Shown: positions 17,290 through 29,362, numbered from the stretch's first letter. The stretch: DNA of 64,000 nt from Longimicrobiaceae bacterium (GCA_036375715.1 DASVBS010000053.1:148873-212872); one strand, 5' to 3'. Notes: generated by a model from the sequence alone, not told the origin. Numbers and translations are program-made.

Positions 17290-18030
17290 CTAAACTTCCT
17301 CTCGTGGAAACGGATCCACCTCCACGCCCATCTTGTGCAGCAGGCAGACGGAGAACTCCGACAGGCCTCGCCCCACCTCCTCCTGGATGTCGAAGATCTC
17401 GTCGGGCTGGAGGTGATCCCAGAAGTTCCCTTCCTGGCCCGTCTTGATGTCGCGGCCACTGCGCAGCCGGTCCGCGCTCTCCACGGCCGCGGCGACCAGA
17501 ACGGGATCAGGATCGTGATTCAGGAAGCGAACAACGCGCGCAAGCGTCTCGGCGGAATCGGCGGAGAGGTCTCGATAAGAAAGGAGCAGCGCATCGCGAT
17601 GGGTGAGCAGCTTCGGAGCCCAGCGGTTGAAGTACTCGATCCAGGCTGGCAATCCTAGCCGGGGGTGACGGATGAACTCCCGCATCGACCCGATGTACTC
17701 CCCCTTCTGGTGCGCGAGGTGATGGTAGGCGCTCACCATCACGTCGTAGGCATTGCGCGCCAGAAAGACCACCGGATATCCCCGGTGCAACTCCCAACTG
17801 TACGGCTGGTGACACACCGCCACGAGCGGGACCTCCACGCGACCTCGGAAGCCATAGGCGGGGTAGCCGCGCACGGGATCCTCGTGGTGGTCCGGGACGA
17901 CCGTAAAGACCTCTCGCGGCGTCACCTCCAGCCCCAGCTGGTGGTGCGCCGCGAGATAATGGGCGATCAGGTATCGCAGCCACCGTCCGCCGCTACGCGG
18001 GTGCGAACAGATCAGCGCGTCCGCGGACAT
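17290..18030 (-). CDS. Sulfotransfer_1-family sulfotransferase
   Basis: 5'-PSB-like SHPRSGGRWL and an RNAYDVMVSAYHH block matching the SULT RNPKDVAVSYYHF motif. Confidence 0.65.
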   Translation of the reverse strand: MSADALICSHPRSGGRWLRYLIAHYLAAHHQLGLEVTPREVFTVVPDHHEDPVRGYPAYGFRGRVEVPLVAVCHQPYSWELHRGYPVVFLARNAYDVMVSAYHHLAHQKGEYIGSMREFIRHPRLGLPAWIEYFNRWAPKLLTHRDALLLSYRDLSADSAETLARVVRFLNHDPDPVLVAAAVESADRLRSGRDIKTGQEGNFWDHLQPDEIFDIQEEVGRGLSEFSVCLLHKMGVEVDPFPREEV

Positions 18031-18060
18031 ATCGGCGACTGCATGGAACTGTAGGGAAGC

Positions 18061-18525
18061 TCAGACGGTCGCGGGCCCGGCGGAGCTCGCGGACAGGTCT
18101 GACGTGCAGTGTCCGCAGCGGGTCGCGTTCAAGGGAATCCGCATGAGGCAGTGCGGGCAGTCCTTCTCCGTGGGCGCCGGAGGTGCCGCTTCCTCGGTCG
18201 TGCGGATCCTGTTGTATGCCTGAACGATCAGGAATATTGCCCAGCCGACGATCAGGAAGCTGATGACACTGTTCAGGAAAAGCCCGTAGTTGATCGTCGC
18301 TGCACCTGCCTCCTGCGCCTCCGCCAGGGAGGCGTACTCTCCCCCTGAGAGGTTGATGTAGAGGTTGCTGAAATCCACCCCTCCGGTGAGCACTCCGATC
18401 GGGGGCATCAGCACGTCGTTCACGAAGCTGTTCACCACCGAAGTGAACGCGGCTCCGATCACGATACCTACAGCCAGATCGATGACATTCCCGCGGGCAA
18501 TAAACTTCCTGAACTCCTGGAGCAT
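18061..18525 (-). CDS. mscL: large-conductance mechanosensitive channel
   Basis: MLQEFRKFIARGNVIDLAVGIVIGAAF… is the canonical MscL N-terminus. Confidence 0.85.
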   Translation of the reverse strand: MLQEFRKFIARGNVIDLAVGIVIGAAFTSVVNSFVNDVLMPPIGVLTGGVDFSNLYINLSGGEYASLAEAQEAGAATINYGLFLNSVISFLIVGWAIFLIVQAYNRIRTTEEAAPPAPTEKDCPHCLMRIPLNATRCGHCTSDLSASSAGPATV

Positions 18526-18606
18526 CAGGACCTCCGGGTGAGAGGGGAGGTGCGCGCCTCACGCGACGCGCCCGCACAGCCAGCGGCAACCCCCAGGCGC
18601 ACGCCT

Positions 18607-19869
18607 CTAGGCGGCCTGAGGAATCTCGATCCCGCGCGTGCCCAGCAACCTTTCAATCGCCTCTCCGATCTTGTTGTTCGGCGTGGAAGCCCCCGCCGTA
18701 AGACCGACCACGATCGGACCCGGAGTCAGCCAGTCCTCGGCCTCGACCTCGGGCGTGTCCAGCGGCGTGCCGGCCGGCTTGAAGCGGATCGTGCCCCGCT
18801 CCGGATCGATGCGATCGGCATCGGCGATGTGGTAGGTCGTCGTATGGCGGGCGCAGATGACTGCCAGGTGGTTGGTGTTGGAGGAATTGTACCCGCCGAT
18901 CACCACCATCACGTCCGGTGGACCGGCCGGATCCTCCATCATCTCGACCACCGCGTCCTGTCGCTCCTGCGTGGCGGAACAGATCGTGTCGAAGGACCTG
19001 AAATGGTCCTCGAGCCGAAAACCTGGATCGCCACCGTAGCGGCGCTCGAGCGCCTTTCCCATCTCGGCGGCGATGGCCAGCGACTCTCCTGCCAGCATGG
19101 TCGTCTGATTCGCGCACCCGATCCGCGTCAGGTGCACGTCCGGATCGAAACCAGGCGAAGTCTTCGCCGCGAAATGCTCGAGGAAGGCTTCCCGGCTGAG
19201 CGCACCCGGCTTGCGCTCGATGTAGTCCATCACCAGGCGAGCCTCCGCCATGTCGAAGACGATCAGATACTGACCTCCCGGATGCTTGAAGACCTGGCTC
19301 GCCGTGGCCTTCGTCTCTTCGTGCAGATACTTCCCGTGGATCAGGGCCGTGAAGCCATCGCGGGCGTACTGCTCGACGCGCTTCCAGACGTTCAGCACAC
19401 TCCCGCAGGTGGTGTCCACCACAGAACACCCGATCTCCTTCAGTCGCTCGAAGTCCTGCAGGGTCACCCCGAAGGCTGGCAGAATTACCACGTCCTCGGG
19501 TTGGATCATGCTGAAGTCGAACTTCCCCGCGGCGTCTCCCTCAGGGGCAGGATACAGAAAGGTGATTCCCATATCCTGCAATCGTCGGTTGACGTGAGGG
19601 TTGTGGATGATCTCGCCCACCAGGAAGATGCGCCGGTCAGGAAAGTGCGTACGGGTCTGGTAGGCATAATCCACCGCCCGGTCCACCCCGTAGCAGAACC
19701 CGAAAGAATTCGCCAGCCGGATGGTCACGCGATGCGGGCCGCTGCCGAACGTTTCCACGTTCCCCGCCGCCCGAATCCGTGCCACCAGAGCGCTGTGATA
19801 TTCCGCCCGTACCAGCGGTTCGACCTCTTTACTGAGTCCGAACCCCCGGCGGAAGTAGCTCGTTTGCAT
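18607..19869 (-). CDS. ispH: 4-hydroxy-3-methylbut-2-enyl diphosphate reductase
   Basis: Fe-S ligand contexts GFCYGV, …NPHV…, SSNTNHL, GASTPN. Long-form IspH; the ATG at 19869 is preferred over the GTG at 19902. Confidence 0.85.
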   Translation of the reverse strand: MQTSYFRRGFGLSKEVEPLVRAEYHSALVARIRAAGNVETFGSGPHRVTIRLANSFGFCYGVDRAVDYAYQTRTHFPDRRIFLVGEIIHNPHVNRRLQDMGITFLYPAPEGDAAGKFDFSMIQPEDVVILPAFGVTLQDFERLKEIGCSVVDTTCGSVLNVWKRVEQYARDGFTALIHGKYLHEETKATASQVFKHPGGQYLIVFDMAEARLVMDYIERKPGALSREAFLEHFAAKTSPGFDPDVHLTRIGCANQTTMLAGESLAIAAEMGKALERRYGGDPGFRLEDHFRSFDTICSATQERQDAVVEMMEDPAGPPDVMVVIGGYNSSNTNHLAVICARHTTTYHIADADRIDPERGTIRFKPAGTPLDTPEVEAEDWLTPGPIVVGLTAGASTPNNKIGEAIERLLGTRGIEIPQAA

Positions 19870-20106
19870 GGAAATTCGAAAGTTTCGTGCCGCCCCCGGC
19901 ACTCCGAAGGCACCACAACGCTAATGGCGAAGCCCTTGCACCGCAAGGCGAAACGCCCGTATCAAGCGTGCTTGCAGGAGGTTCTCCCGAAGCGGGAGTC
20001 GCGGAGCCATATTTGCCCCGACCGTCGGGTGCGTGTACGGTCGCCGGCGGAGCAGCGGGGGCAATAGATCACTAGAGAGGCGGCCGAAGGCCGCGGGAGG
20101 CGTGGC

Positions 20107-20976
20107 GTGGCGAGGTTTCGTAAGCAGCGGGGAAAGCGATTGGGGGGCGAGCCACCTCGCGGGCGCATGCGCTGGGCCTCCGGGCGCCGCGCCGCACCGA
20201 GCCCGCCACCGACCGCTGCGCTGGGCGTCCTTGCCCTCGGGTTGTTCGTGCTGGGGATCGTGGGCGGGTACACGTTCGCCGTCGACCGCCAGCTCCAGGG
20301 AGGGATTCTCCGACAGCGTCGGGAGGCCGCCTCTCGACCCGACTGGGTGGAGCTACGGCAGCTCCCTGCCTACGTGCCAGAAGCTTTTCTCGCGGTGGTA
20401 GAGCCCGAGCTACTCGCCCGGAGCGGCATGCGCCCGACCCCGAACGGCCCGTCTCTCGCCGGCGAGCTGATCCGACAGATACACCTCCTCCCCGATAACA
20501 TCATCGGCGAGTCACGCGAGCGACTTATGGCCCCGGTGCTGGAGAGGCGTCTGAGCGAGACGCAGCTGCTCGAGCTCTATCTGAACCGCGTATACCTGGG
20601 AGAACAGCACGGCTATCCGATCTTCGGAATCTATCACGCAGCGCGAGAATACTTCGGCAAATCGCCTGGCGACCTCACGCTCGGGGAGGCAGCCACGCTC
20701 GCGGGGCTCCTGCTCGAGCCGCGCATCGAGGATCCGCAGAGCCGTGTCGGCGCCGTGGGGGCGCGACGTAACGAAGTGCTGGAGGTGCTCCGCTTGGCAG
20801 AGTTGATCAGTGAGGAAGAGTTCCGCGAGGCGCTAGCTGAGCCCCTGGGGTTTCAGCCAGGGCTGGAGCAGATGCCAATGACCCGCCCGTCGGACTGGGG
20901 CCGCGGACCCGACACTATTCGCCTTCCTCCGGCGTGGCGGCCGAGTCCGGCAGACTCGACAGAGAGTCAGTCGTGA
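20107..20976 (+). CDS. membrane-anchored GT51 transglycosylase-like protein with degenerate catalytic motifs
   Basis: Retains LELYLNRVYLG and GEAATLAGLL (GT51 motifs 4/5) but lacks the EDxxFxxHxG and GGSTITQQ motifs. Start is uncertain (20107 or 20167). Confidence 0.45.
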   Translation: MARFRKQRGKRLGGEPPRGRMRWASGRRAAPSPPPTAALGVLALGLFVLGIVGGYTFAVDRQLQGGILRQRREAASRPDWVELRQLPAYVPEAFLAVVEPELLARSGMRPTPNGPSLAGELIRQIHLLPDNIIGESRERLMAPVLERRLSETQLLELYLNRVYLGEQHGYPIFGIYHAAREYFGKSPGDLTLGEAATLAGLLLEPRIEDPQSRVGAVGARRNEVLEVLRLAELISEEEFREALAEPLGFQPGLEQMPMTRPSDWGRGPDTIRLPPAWRPSPADSTESQS

Positions 20977-21469
20977 CGGGGCCGGAGATGTGGGCCTGAA
21001 CCAGCTCCCATAGCCCGGCATCTCTTACATAGGTTCCCGTCGCGTGGTAGAGGGTCGGCTCAGGGGAGGCGCCGGGCGCCTCCACCACCATCCGAAACCA
21101 GGCGGCCTGGCCGTCGGGTGCCACGTCCACCTCCACCTCCTGGACGTGTACCGAAACCGGCGTGGTGACCCACCCCTCGACCACCTCGCGAACCGAGGCC
21201 CCGCCATTGAGCTCCAGCTCGCGCGGCGCGACCAACTGCACTGTGCTGGCCGGGTTTAAGGCGATCATCGCCTCCGTCGCCGACCCGCGGGAGACCGCCC
21301 CGACAAAGGCCAGGAGACGAGCCCGCACCTCGTCGACCGCCGCCGCGCGCTCCGCCTCGATCGAGCTGGTGTTGTCGAAGTACTCCTCCGGGGTGCGCTC
21401 CACCCGACAACCAGTCGATGTCACCAACAGGGTAAACAAAATCGGAACGAGGGGAGAATGCCAGCGCAC
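20915..21469 (-). CDS. hypothetical lipoprotein
   Basis: GTG start preceded by AAGGAG. Lipobox LVTSTGC. Confidence 0.4.
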   Translation of the reverse strand: MRWHSPLVPILFTLLVTSTGCRVERTPEEYFDNTSSIEAERAAAVDEVRARLLAFVGAVSRGSATEAMIALNPASTVQLVAPRELELNGGASVREVVEGWVTTPVSVHVQEVEVDVAPDGQAAWFRMVVEAPGASPEPTLYHATGTYVRDAGLWELVQAHISGPVTTDSLSSLPDSAATPEEGE

Positions 21470-21519
21470 TCCGTCTCCTTGCGTGGGACGCGTCAGGAAG
21501 TGGTGAAAAATGAATCGGG

Positions 21520-22374
21520 GTGTCGGAGTGTCAAGCAGTCGAGAGTGGGGTGGACCGGGTCCCGGTTCCCTTGACCGGTCGGGAGCACATCGCCATTGTC
21601 CAACAGACCCGAAACACACCGACGTACATGATCTGGTTCGGCAATCTCAATCGGATTCTCGCCACGAGCGATCCTGGCGCCTTCGGTCCCCTGCCCGAGG
21701 ACCGGCGCATGCTGCGCGCGCTACAGGCCGTGGCCGAGCGCGCTCCCCAGCTCAGCGGTCGAGCGCTGGTCGAGGCGCTGGCCGCGACGGGCTGGGTAGA
21801 CGAGACCACCGCCGCCCGGCTGCTCCCGACCTTCGTACATTTCGACCCGGATCAGCATTTCTCGGAGTACCTGCGCCGCCTCTCGTTCCGAGGCCCCTCT
21901 GCCGCGACCGCCTTCCGGGAGGGAGTGCGCTGCGTCTTCGAGGAGCTGATCGGAGGAGCGACGCTGGACGAGCGAGGTCCTGAGCCGTTGATCCGCTTCC
22001 GCTCCGGCGGGCGCGAGGGGGTGGTCATCGCCCACCCCGAGGTCTCGTTCACCATCGGGGGCGCTACCCGCGACGCGATCCTGGCGGCCGCGGAGGAGGT
22101 GCCCGATACGCTGGTGGTCGTCGCCCGTAACTTCGAGCGAGGCACCGCGGCGCAGCTCTCCGGACTGCTGGCGGGTACGGAGGTCCCCGGCACGCTGCTG
22201 ACCGTGAACCTCCTGCTTGGCATCCGCGCCATGAGCCTGCGCTATCGGCCGGACGAGGAGCGCGTCATCCGCCTGCTCTCGAGGGGCAGACCGCTCCGTT
22301 CGAGGGACATCGCCGTCCTGGGTGAGCGCCCTGCCACAGGCGCAGTCAACACAACCGCGGCGCTGCCCGCCTGA
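21520..22374 (+). CDS. hypothetical protein
   Basis: Protein-like composition across about 280 codons. Start is uncertain. Confidence 0.35.
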   Translation: MSECQAVESGVDRVPVPLTGREHIAIVQQTRNTPTYMIWFGNLNRILATSDPGAFGPLPEDRRMLRALQAVAERAPQLSGRALVEALAATGWVDETTAARLLPTFVHFDPDQHFSEYLRRLSFRGPSAATAFREGVRCVFEELIGGATLDERGPEPLIRFRSGGREGVVIAHPEVSFTIGGATRDAILAAAEEVPDTLVVVARNFERGTAAQLSGLLAGTEVPGTLLTVNLLLGIRAMSLRYRPDEERVIRLLSRGRPLRSRDIAVLGERPATGAVNTTAALPA

Positions 22375-22458
22375 ACGCGAATCCCGCTACACTTCCTGGC
22401 CGAGTCGCGCTCCGGCAACCTTCTCGCAATTTGTGACCTTCTGGCGGCCTGACCGCCG

Positions 22459-25155
<2,697 letters not shown>

Positions 25156-25268
25156 GACTTCTCCAGATTGGCTTCAGGATCTCTTCGGAATCCGTTCGGT
25201 GCGCATCATGCACTGCCCGCCGCGATCGACGCAAGGCGGACGCGTGCCCCCTCACTCAGGATCGACCA

Positions 25269-25838
25269 GTGACGCCCGGACGACGAGCCCCCGATACGCG
25301 GCTGCCTCCGATCGAGAGGATCGTGCTGCTGGGGTTCATGTGCTCCGGCAAGAGCACCGTCGCCGCGGCGCTGGCTCGCAGGCTCGAGTGGCGGCTGGCC
25401 GATTTCGACGTCGAGATCGAGCGACGCGACGGACGGCCGATCGCGCGCATCGTCGACGAAGAAGGCGAGGAGTACCTCCGCTCGCGGGAGGCCGAGTTAA
25501 CCGATGAGCTGGCGACCGCCGAGGGGGTGGTGCTGGCTCCGGGGGGCGGCTGGATCACACAGCCCGAGCTGCTCCAGCGCATCCGCCCCGGCACCCTCTC
25601 CATCTGGCTTCGCGTCACACCGGAAGAGACCGTGCGGCGGCTGCTGAGCGACGACATCGACCGCCCACTGCTCGACCACCCCGATCCCGAAGCAGCAGTT
25701 GCCGAGATCCTCGCCGAACGCGAACCGCTCTACCGGCTGGCAGACGTAGCGGTACCTGCGGAAGGACGCTCAGCGGAGGAAGTGGCGTTCGAGATCGAGC
25801 AGCTGGCGAGGACCAGGGGCGTCGTGCGCGGCCGCTGA
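25269..25838 (+). CDS. aroK: shikimate kinase
   Basis: P-loop LLGFMCSGKST; size is about 190 aa. Confidence 0.75.
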   Translation: MTPGRRAPDTRLPPIERIVLLGFMCSGKSTVAAALARRLEWRLADFDVEIERRDGRPIARIVDEEGEEYLRSREAELTDELATAEGVVLAPGGGWITQPELLQRIRPGTLSIWLRVTPEETVRRLLSDDIDRPLLDHPDPEAAVAEILAEREPLYRLADVAVPAEGRSAEEVAFEIEQLARTRGVVRGR

Positions 25839-25913
25839 CGCACGCCTCCTGCGCACACTGCCGCGTGAATCGCGTTTAGGCAATGGGGAGATCGGCAGGA
25901 TTCGCTGCGGGGG

Positions 25914-26222
25914 TCACAGCGCGTCGAGCTCGTCCTCGAACTCACCGGCCATGGTGGGATGTCCGTGACGGTATGCCGCCTCGATCCCCTGTCGGTAGGC
26001 CTCTCGGGCTTCGTCTTCTCGCCCGAGCCGAACGAGAGCCCGGGCGAGGCGTCCGTATGCGTTCCCCTCGTCGTCCGTAGCTTCCAGGTAGAGCCGAAGC
26101 TGCTCTACTGCCTCCTCCCAACGCTCCAGCCGCTCGTACTCCAGCGCCAGTCCGAATCGCGCGCGCGGGTCATGGGGGCGCGCCTGCACCATCCGTTGTA
26201 GCGCCTCGATCCGGTCGGTCAC
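25914..26222 (-). CDS. small TPR-like protein
   Basis: GTG start with a GAGGAG RBS. Helical repeats (…EEAVEQLRLYLEA…AYGRLARALVRLGREDEA…). Confidence 0.45.
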   Translation of the reverse strand: MTDRIEALQRMVQARPHDPRARFGLALEYERLERWEEAVEQLRLYLEATDDEGNAYGRLARALVRLGREDEAREAYRQGIEAAYRHGHPTMAGEFEDELDAL

Positions 26223-26250
26223 CTGCTTCTCCTCGCTGCTTGCCCCACGG

Positions 26251-26724
26251 TCAGACCTGGTCGCGGAGCACCGCGGTAGCCAACGCTCCTGCCAGGATGC
26301 CGAGCGCGGCACCGCCGCAGACCAGCGCCAGCCGCTGGGGCGGTACCGCACGAACCGCTTCCGCCCAACCGCGGAAACCACCCATCAGATCATCCACACG
26401 GTCCTGAACCACGCGATCCTCCTCCGGGGTCTCATTGTCAGGCTCCTCCCGCGCGTCGGCATCCGGCGCGCCGACGGGTGACAGCCGTCCGCAGTCGGGG
26501 CACACCGCCATGCCGCGGTCACGCATCGTGCGGTTGGAGTAGACCATCCGCTCGTTGCAGTCGATGCAGACAATCCCCGCCGGCATCGGGTCGATGGAGG
26601 AGTACAGGGCGGAGCGACTGATGCCGAGCTCCTCGACGACGTCATCCACCGTCATCGACGCCGACCAGTACAGCTCATTGGCGCGCTCGGCCAGCGATTC
26701 GGATTCGTTCATCGTCTGTACCAT
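26251..26724 (-). CDS. HTH plus CxxC-x17-CxxC zinc-ribbon protein with C-terminal TM helix (anti-sigma-factor-like architecture)
   Basis: AGGGGGA RBS. Motifs MTVDDVVEELGISRSALY (HTH), CIDC…CPDC, and a terminal hydrophobic helix. The rest of the 544-aa track ORF is Arg-rich noise. Confidence 0.45.
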   Translation of the reverse strand: MVQTMNESESLAERANELYWSASMTVDDVVEELGISRSALYSSIDPMPAGIVCIDCNERMVYSNRTMRDRGMAVCPDCGRLSPVGAPDADAREEPDNETPEEDRVVQDRVDDLMGGFRGWAEAVRAVPPQRLALVCGGAALGILAGALATAVLRDQV

Positions 26725-27057
26725 TTCGATCCCCCTGAAAAGGTGGCGCACGGCCGTGCAGCGGCGAGCAGAAGACGTGCCATTCCACCGACTTAGCACG
26801 CTTCCGAAGAAGTGGCTCTGGGGATCCGTGAGCGCATATCGGCTTAGCCCCGCCGCGTTGTGCATCCGTGTGCCCGGCTGTATTTTGCGCCCGTCGACGC
26901 TCGTGCGCCACTCCGCGCACCGCTGCCCGCACTTCATCGGAGTCCGCTTGCCCGCCGTCGTACCCGGTTCACACCAACCGCCATTCCGCGCTGCGGTCGC
27001 CTGCCCGCCACGGGGCGAGCCCATCCACGGCACCGCCTTGTCGCGTTTCGCGCCGCA

Positions 27058-27999
27058 GTGATCCGGCCGCTCGCTCTCCCGCCCGCACCTCGCATCGCGT
27101 TGGTGGCCCCCGCGGGGCCGCTCGCGGAGGAGGCGGTGGACCGCGCCCTCGACCGCCTCGAGCGCTGGGGATGGCGGCCACTTCTGGGGCGCAACTCCCG
27201 CGGCCGGTGGGGGTATCTCTCGGGAACGGACGATGAAAGACTGGCCGACCTGCAGGCCGCGATCGACTCGGAGGAGAACGACGCGATCTGGTTCCTGAGG
27301 GGAGGCTACGGCACGATGCGCATCGTCGATCGCGTCGATTGGCGGCCGCTCGTGCGACGTCCGCGCCCGGTGATCGGCTTCAGCGACAACACCGTGCTGC
27401 ACCTGGCGCTGCAGCGCGCCGGGGTCGTCTCTTTCCACGGTCCTCATCCCGCGGTCGAGACGCTGCCTCCCTTTTCGATCGAGCTCCTGCATCGGGCGGT
27501 TACCCTGGCGGAGCCGCTGGGACAGCTGCCGCTGCCGGAGGAGGGCGAGGGCGTGGAGACGGTGGTGGAAGGAGTGGCCGAAGGTCCGTTGGTGGGTGGG
27601 AACCTGGTGCTGCTCGCCGCGACCGTCGGAACTTTCTGGGCACTGCGGACGCGGGGCGCGCTGCTGTTCTTCGAGGAGGTGGGGGAGGCCACCTACCGCC
27701 TGGACCGATTGCTCACCCAGTTGCGCCTTTCCGGCGCGCTGGATGGTGTGAAGGGGATCCTGGTTGGCGCGCTGAGTGAGTGCCCTGACGAGGGTGCGCC
27801 GAACACCCCGGCGCTCTCCGACCTGCTCAGGGATCGCCTCGGTGACCTCGGCGTTCCCGTGGCGCGGGGCTTTCCGTTCGGGCATCAGCCCTACAACTGG
27901 ACGCTGCCACTCGGGGTGAGAGCGCGCCTCGACGCCACTGCCGGAACCGTGGAGATTCTCGAGCCGGCGGTGGCGCCGCGCGCACTCGGAGAGAGCTGA
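27058..27999 (+). CDS. LD-carboxypeptidase (S66 family, muramoyltetrapeptide carboxypeptidase-like)
   Basis: IALVAPAGP N-terminal motif, FSDNTVLH with the catalytic Ser, and a C-terminal E/H region. Start set to the GTG at 27058; the track ORF begins at 26860 and the true start is uncertain. Confidence 0.6.
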   Translation: MIRPLALPPAPRIALVAPAGPLAEEAVDRALDRLERWGWRPLLGRNSRGRWGYLSGTDDERLADLQAAIDSEENDAIWFLRGGYGTMRIVDRVDWRPLVRRPRPVIGFSDNTVLHLALQRAGVVSFHGPHPAVETLPPFSIELLHRAVTLAEPLGQLPLPEEGEGVETVVEGVAEGPLVGGNLVLLAATVGTFWALRTRGALLFFEEVGEATYRLDRLLTQLRLSGALDGVKGILVGALSECPDEGAPNTPALSDLLRDRLGDLGVPVARGFPFGHQPYNWTLPLGVRARLDATAGTVEILEPAVAPRALGES

Positions 28000-28040
28000 A
28001 ACACAGTGTCGAGAGGCCGGGGGTCTGCACCATCAGCGGG

Positions 28041-28766
28041 ATGATGAATTCGATCGGATCGCCCTTTTCGAGCGCGGCAAGCGGCCTTCTCTCGGTCGGC
28101 ATCGAGGAGGGCCCTGATGGGTCCGCGGTCGTTCACAGCCTCGGGTTTCCGGGGTGCGTCGCCGCGGGGGCTTCGCCGCAGGAGGCGCTCGATGCCTATG
28201 CGGTCGAACTCTCCGAGTGGCTCGCCTTTCGCGAGACGCTCGGACTGCCGGTTCCCTCGCGCGACGAGGAGCTGGAGATCACCGTGGACGAGTGGGTCGC
28301 CTCGCCGGAACCGGTGAGCGAGGGCTCGAGCAAGGTCTGCTTCGAGGCCGACCTGCGCCCGCTGGAGGATGCGGAGATCAACGAGGCACTGCACCTGCTG
28401 GGCGACCTTCGGGGGCGTCTGTTACGGGCGGTGCGCGCGATCCCCCGGACGGAGTTAGACCTGGACGCGGGTGCGCCCTGGTCGCTCCGGCGCATTTTCG
28501 ACGAGCTGGCGCGTGCCCAGTGGTGGACGCTGACCAGACTGGGGGCATCTCCGCTCGCAGAAGTGCCGGAATCGCCGATCGCGCGCCTGGATACCGCGAT
28601 GGCGATCACCGTCCAACAGTTCACCGGCTTTGCGCGGCAGGCGCGAGACCGGGTGCTCGAGCTGGATGAGGAGGTGTGGACGCCGCGCAAGGTGCTCCGC
28701 CGCCTCCTCTGGCTCGAGTGGTCTCTCGGCAAGGCGGCCCTGGCCGTACTGGAGGGGACGGGGTGA
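28041..28766 (+). CDS. hypothetical protein: HicB-like N-terminal fold (…FPGCVAAGASPQEAL…) plus DinB-like helical C-terminal region
   Basis: Motif resemblance only. Its stop overlaps the start of the next gene. Confidence 0.4.
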   Translation: MMNSIGSPFSSAASGLLSVGIEEGPDGSAVVHSLGFPGCVAAGASPQEALDAYAVELSEWLAFRETLGLPVPSRDEELEITVDEWVASPEPVSEGSSKVCFEADLRPLEDAEINEALHLLGDLRGRLLRAVRAIPRTELDLDAGAPWSLRRIFDELARAQWWTLTRLGASPLAEVPESPIARLDTAMAITVQQFTGFARQARDRVLELDEEVWTPRKVLRRLLWLEWSLGKAALAVLEGTG

Positions 28767-29362
28767 CGACGAGGATCTATACTCGCACGGGCGACCGGGG
28801 CGAGACGGGCCTCTTCGGCGGCCAGCGCGTTCCTAAAGACCACGCTCGGGTCGAGGCGTACGGCGAGGTCGATGAGCTGAACGCCGTGCTCGGCCTCGCC
28901 ATGGGCCAGGTGTCCGCCGAGGATATGCCCGAGGTGGCACGCAGGCTGCGCGTCCTGCAGGGCGACCTGTTCGTGCTCGGCGCGAACCTGGCGACTCCGC
29001 CTCCCGAAGATGGCGGGAGACCCAGCTCGTACATCCCTCCGCTCCCTCGCGAGCGAATCGAGGAGATGGAGCGCTGGATTGACGCCGCCGAGGATGAGCT
29101 GCCGCCGCTCCGTTCCTTCATTTTGCCCGCCGGCACCACTGGTGCGGCCACGCTGCACCTGGCACGGACGGTGTGCAGGCGCGCCGAGCGCCGTTTGATC
29201 TCGCTCGCCAGGGGAGCGACCGTCGATCCGGATTGTATCCGGTTCCTGAACCGCCTTTCGGACCTGCTCTTCGTCTGGGCACGGCTGGCAAACCACCGAG
29301 CCGGTATCCCCGACATCCCCTGGGAGCGGGGGACCGACGGGAAGGCGGACACAACCGACTGA
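28763..29362 (+). CDS. PduO-type ATP:cob(I)alamin adenosyltransferase
   Basis: TRTGDRGETGL and EAYGEVDELN motifs. GTG start overlaps the upstream stop (GTGA); GGAGGGG RBS. Confidence 0.7.
   Translation: MTTRIYTRTGDRGETGLFGGQRVPKDHARVEAYGEVDELNAVLGLAMGQVSAEDMPEVARRLRVLQGDLFVLGANLATPPPEDGGRPSSYIPPLPRERIEEMERWIDAAEDELPPLRSFILPAGTTGAATLHLARTVCRRAERRLISLARGATVDPDCIRFLNRLSDLLFVWARLANHRAGIPDIPWERGTDGKADTTD

Noticed and set aside
26860-27057. N-terminal 66 codons of the track ORF for the LD-carboxypeptidase
   Set aside because: This stretch is Arg/Pro-rich (…RRRTRFTPTAIPRCGRLPATGRAHPRHR…). Homologs start near IALVAPAGP, so the start was moved to the GTG at 27058. The true start remains uncertain.
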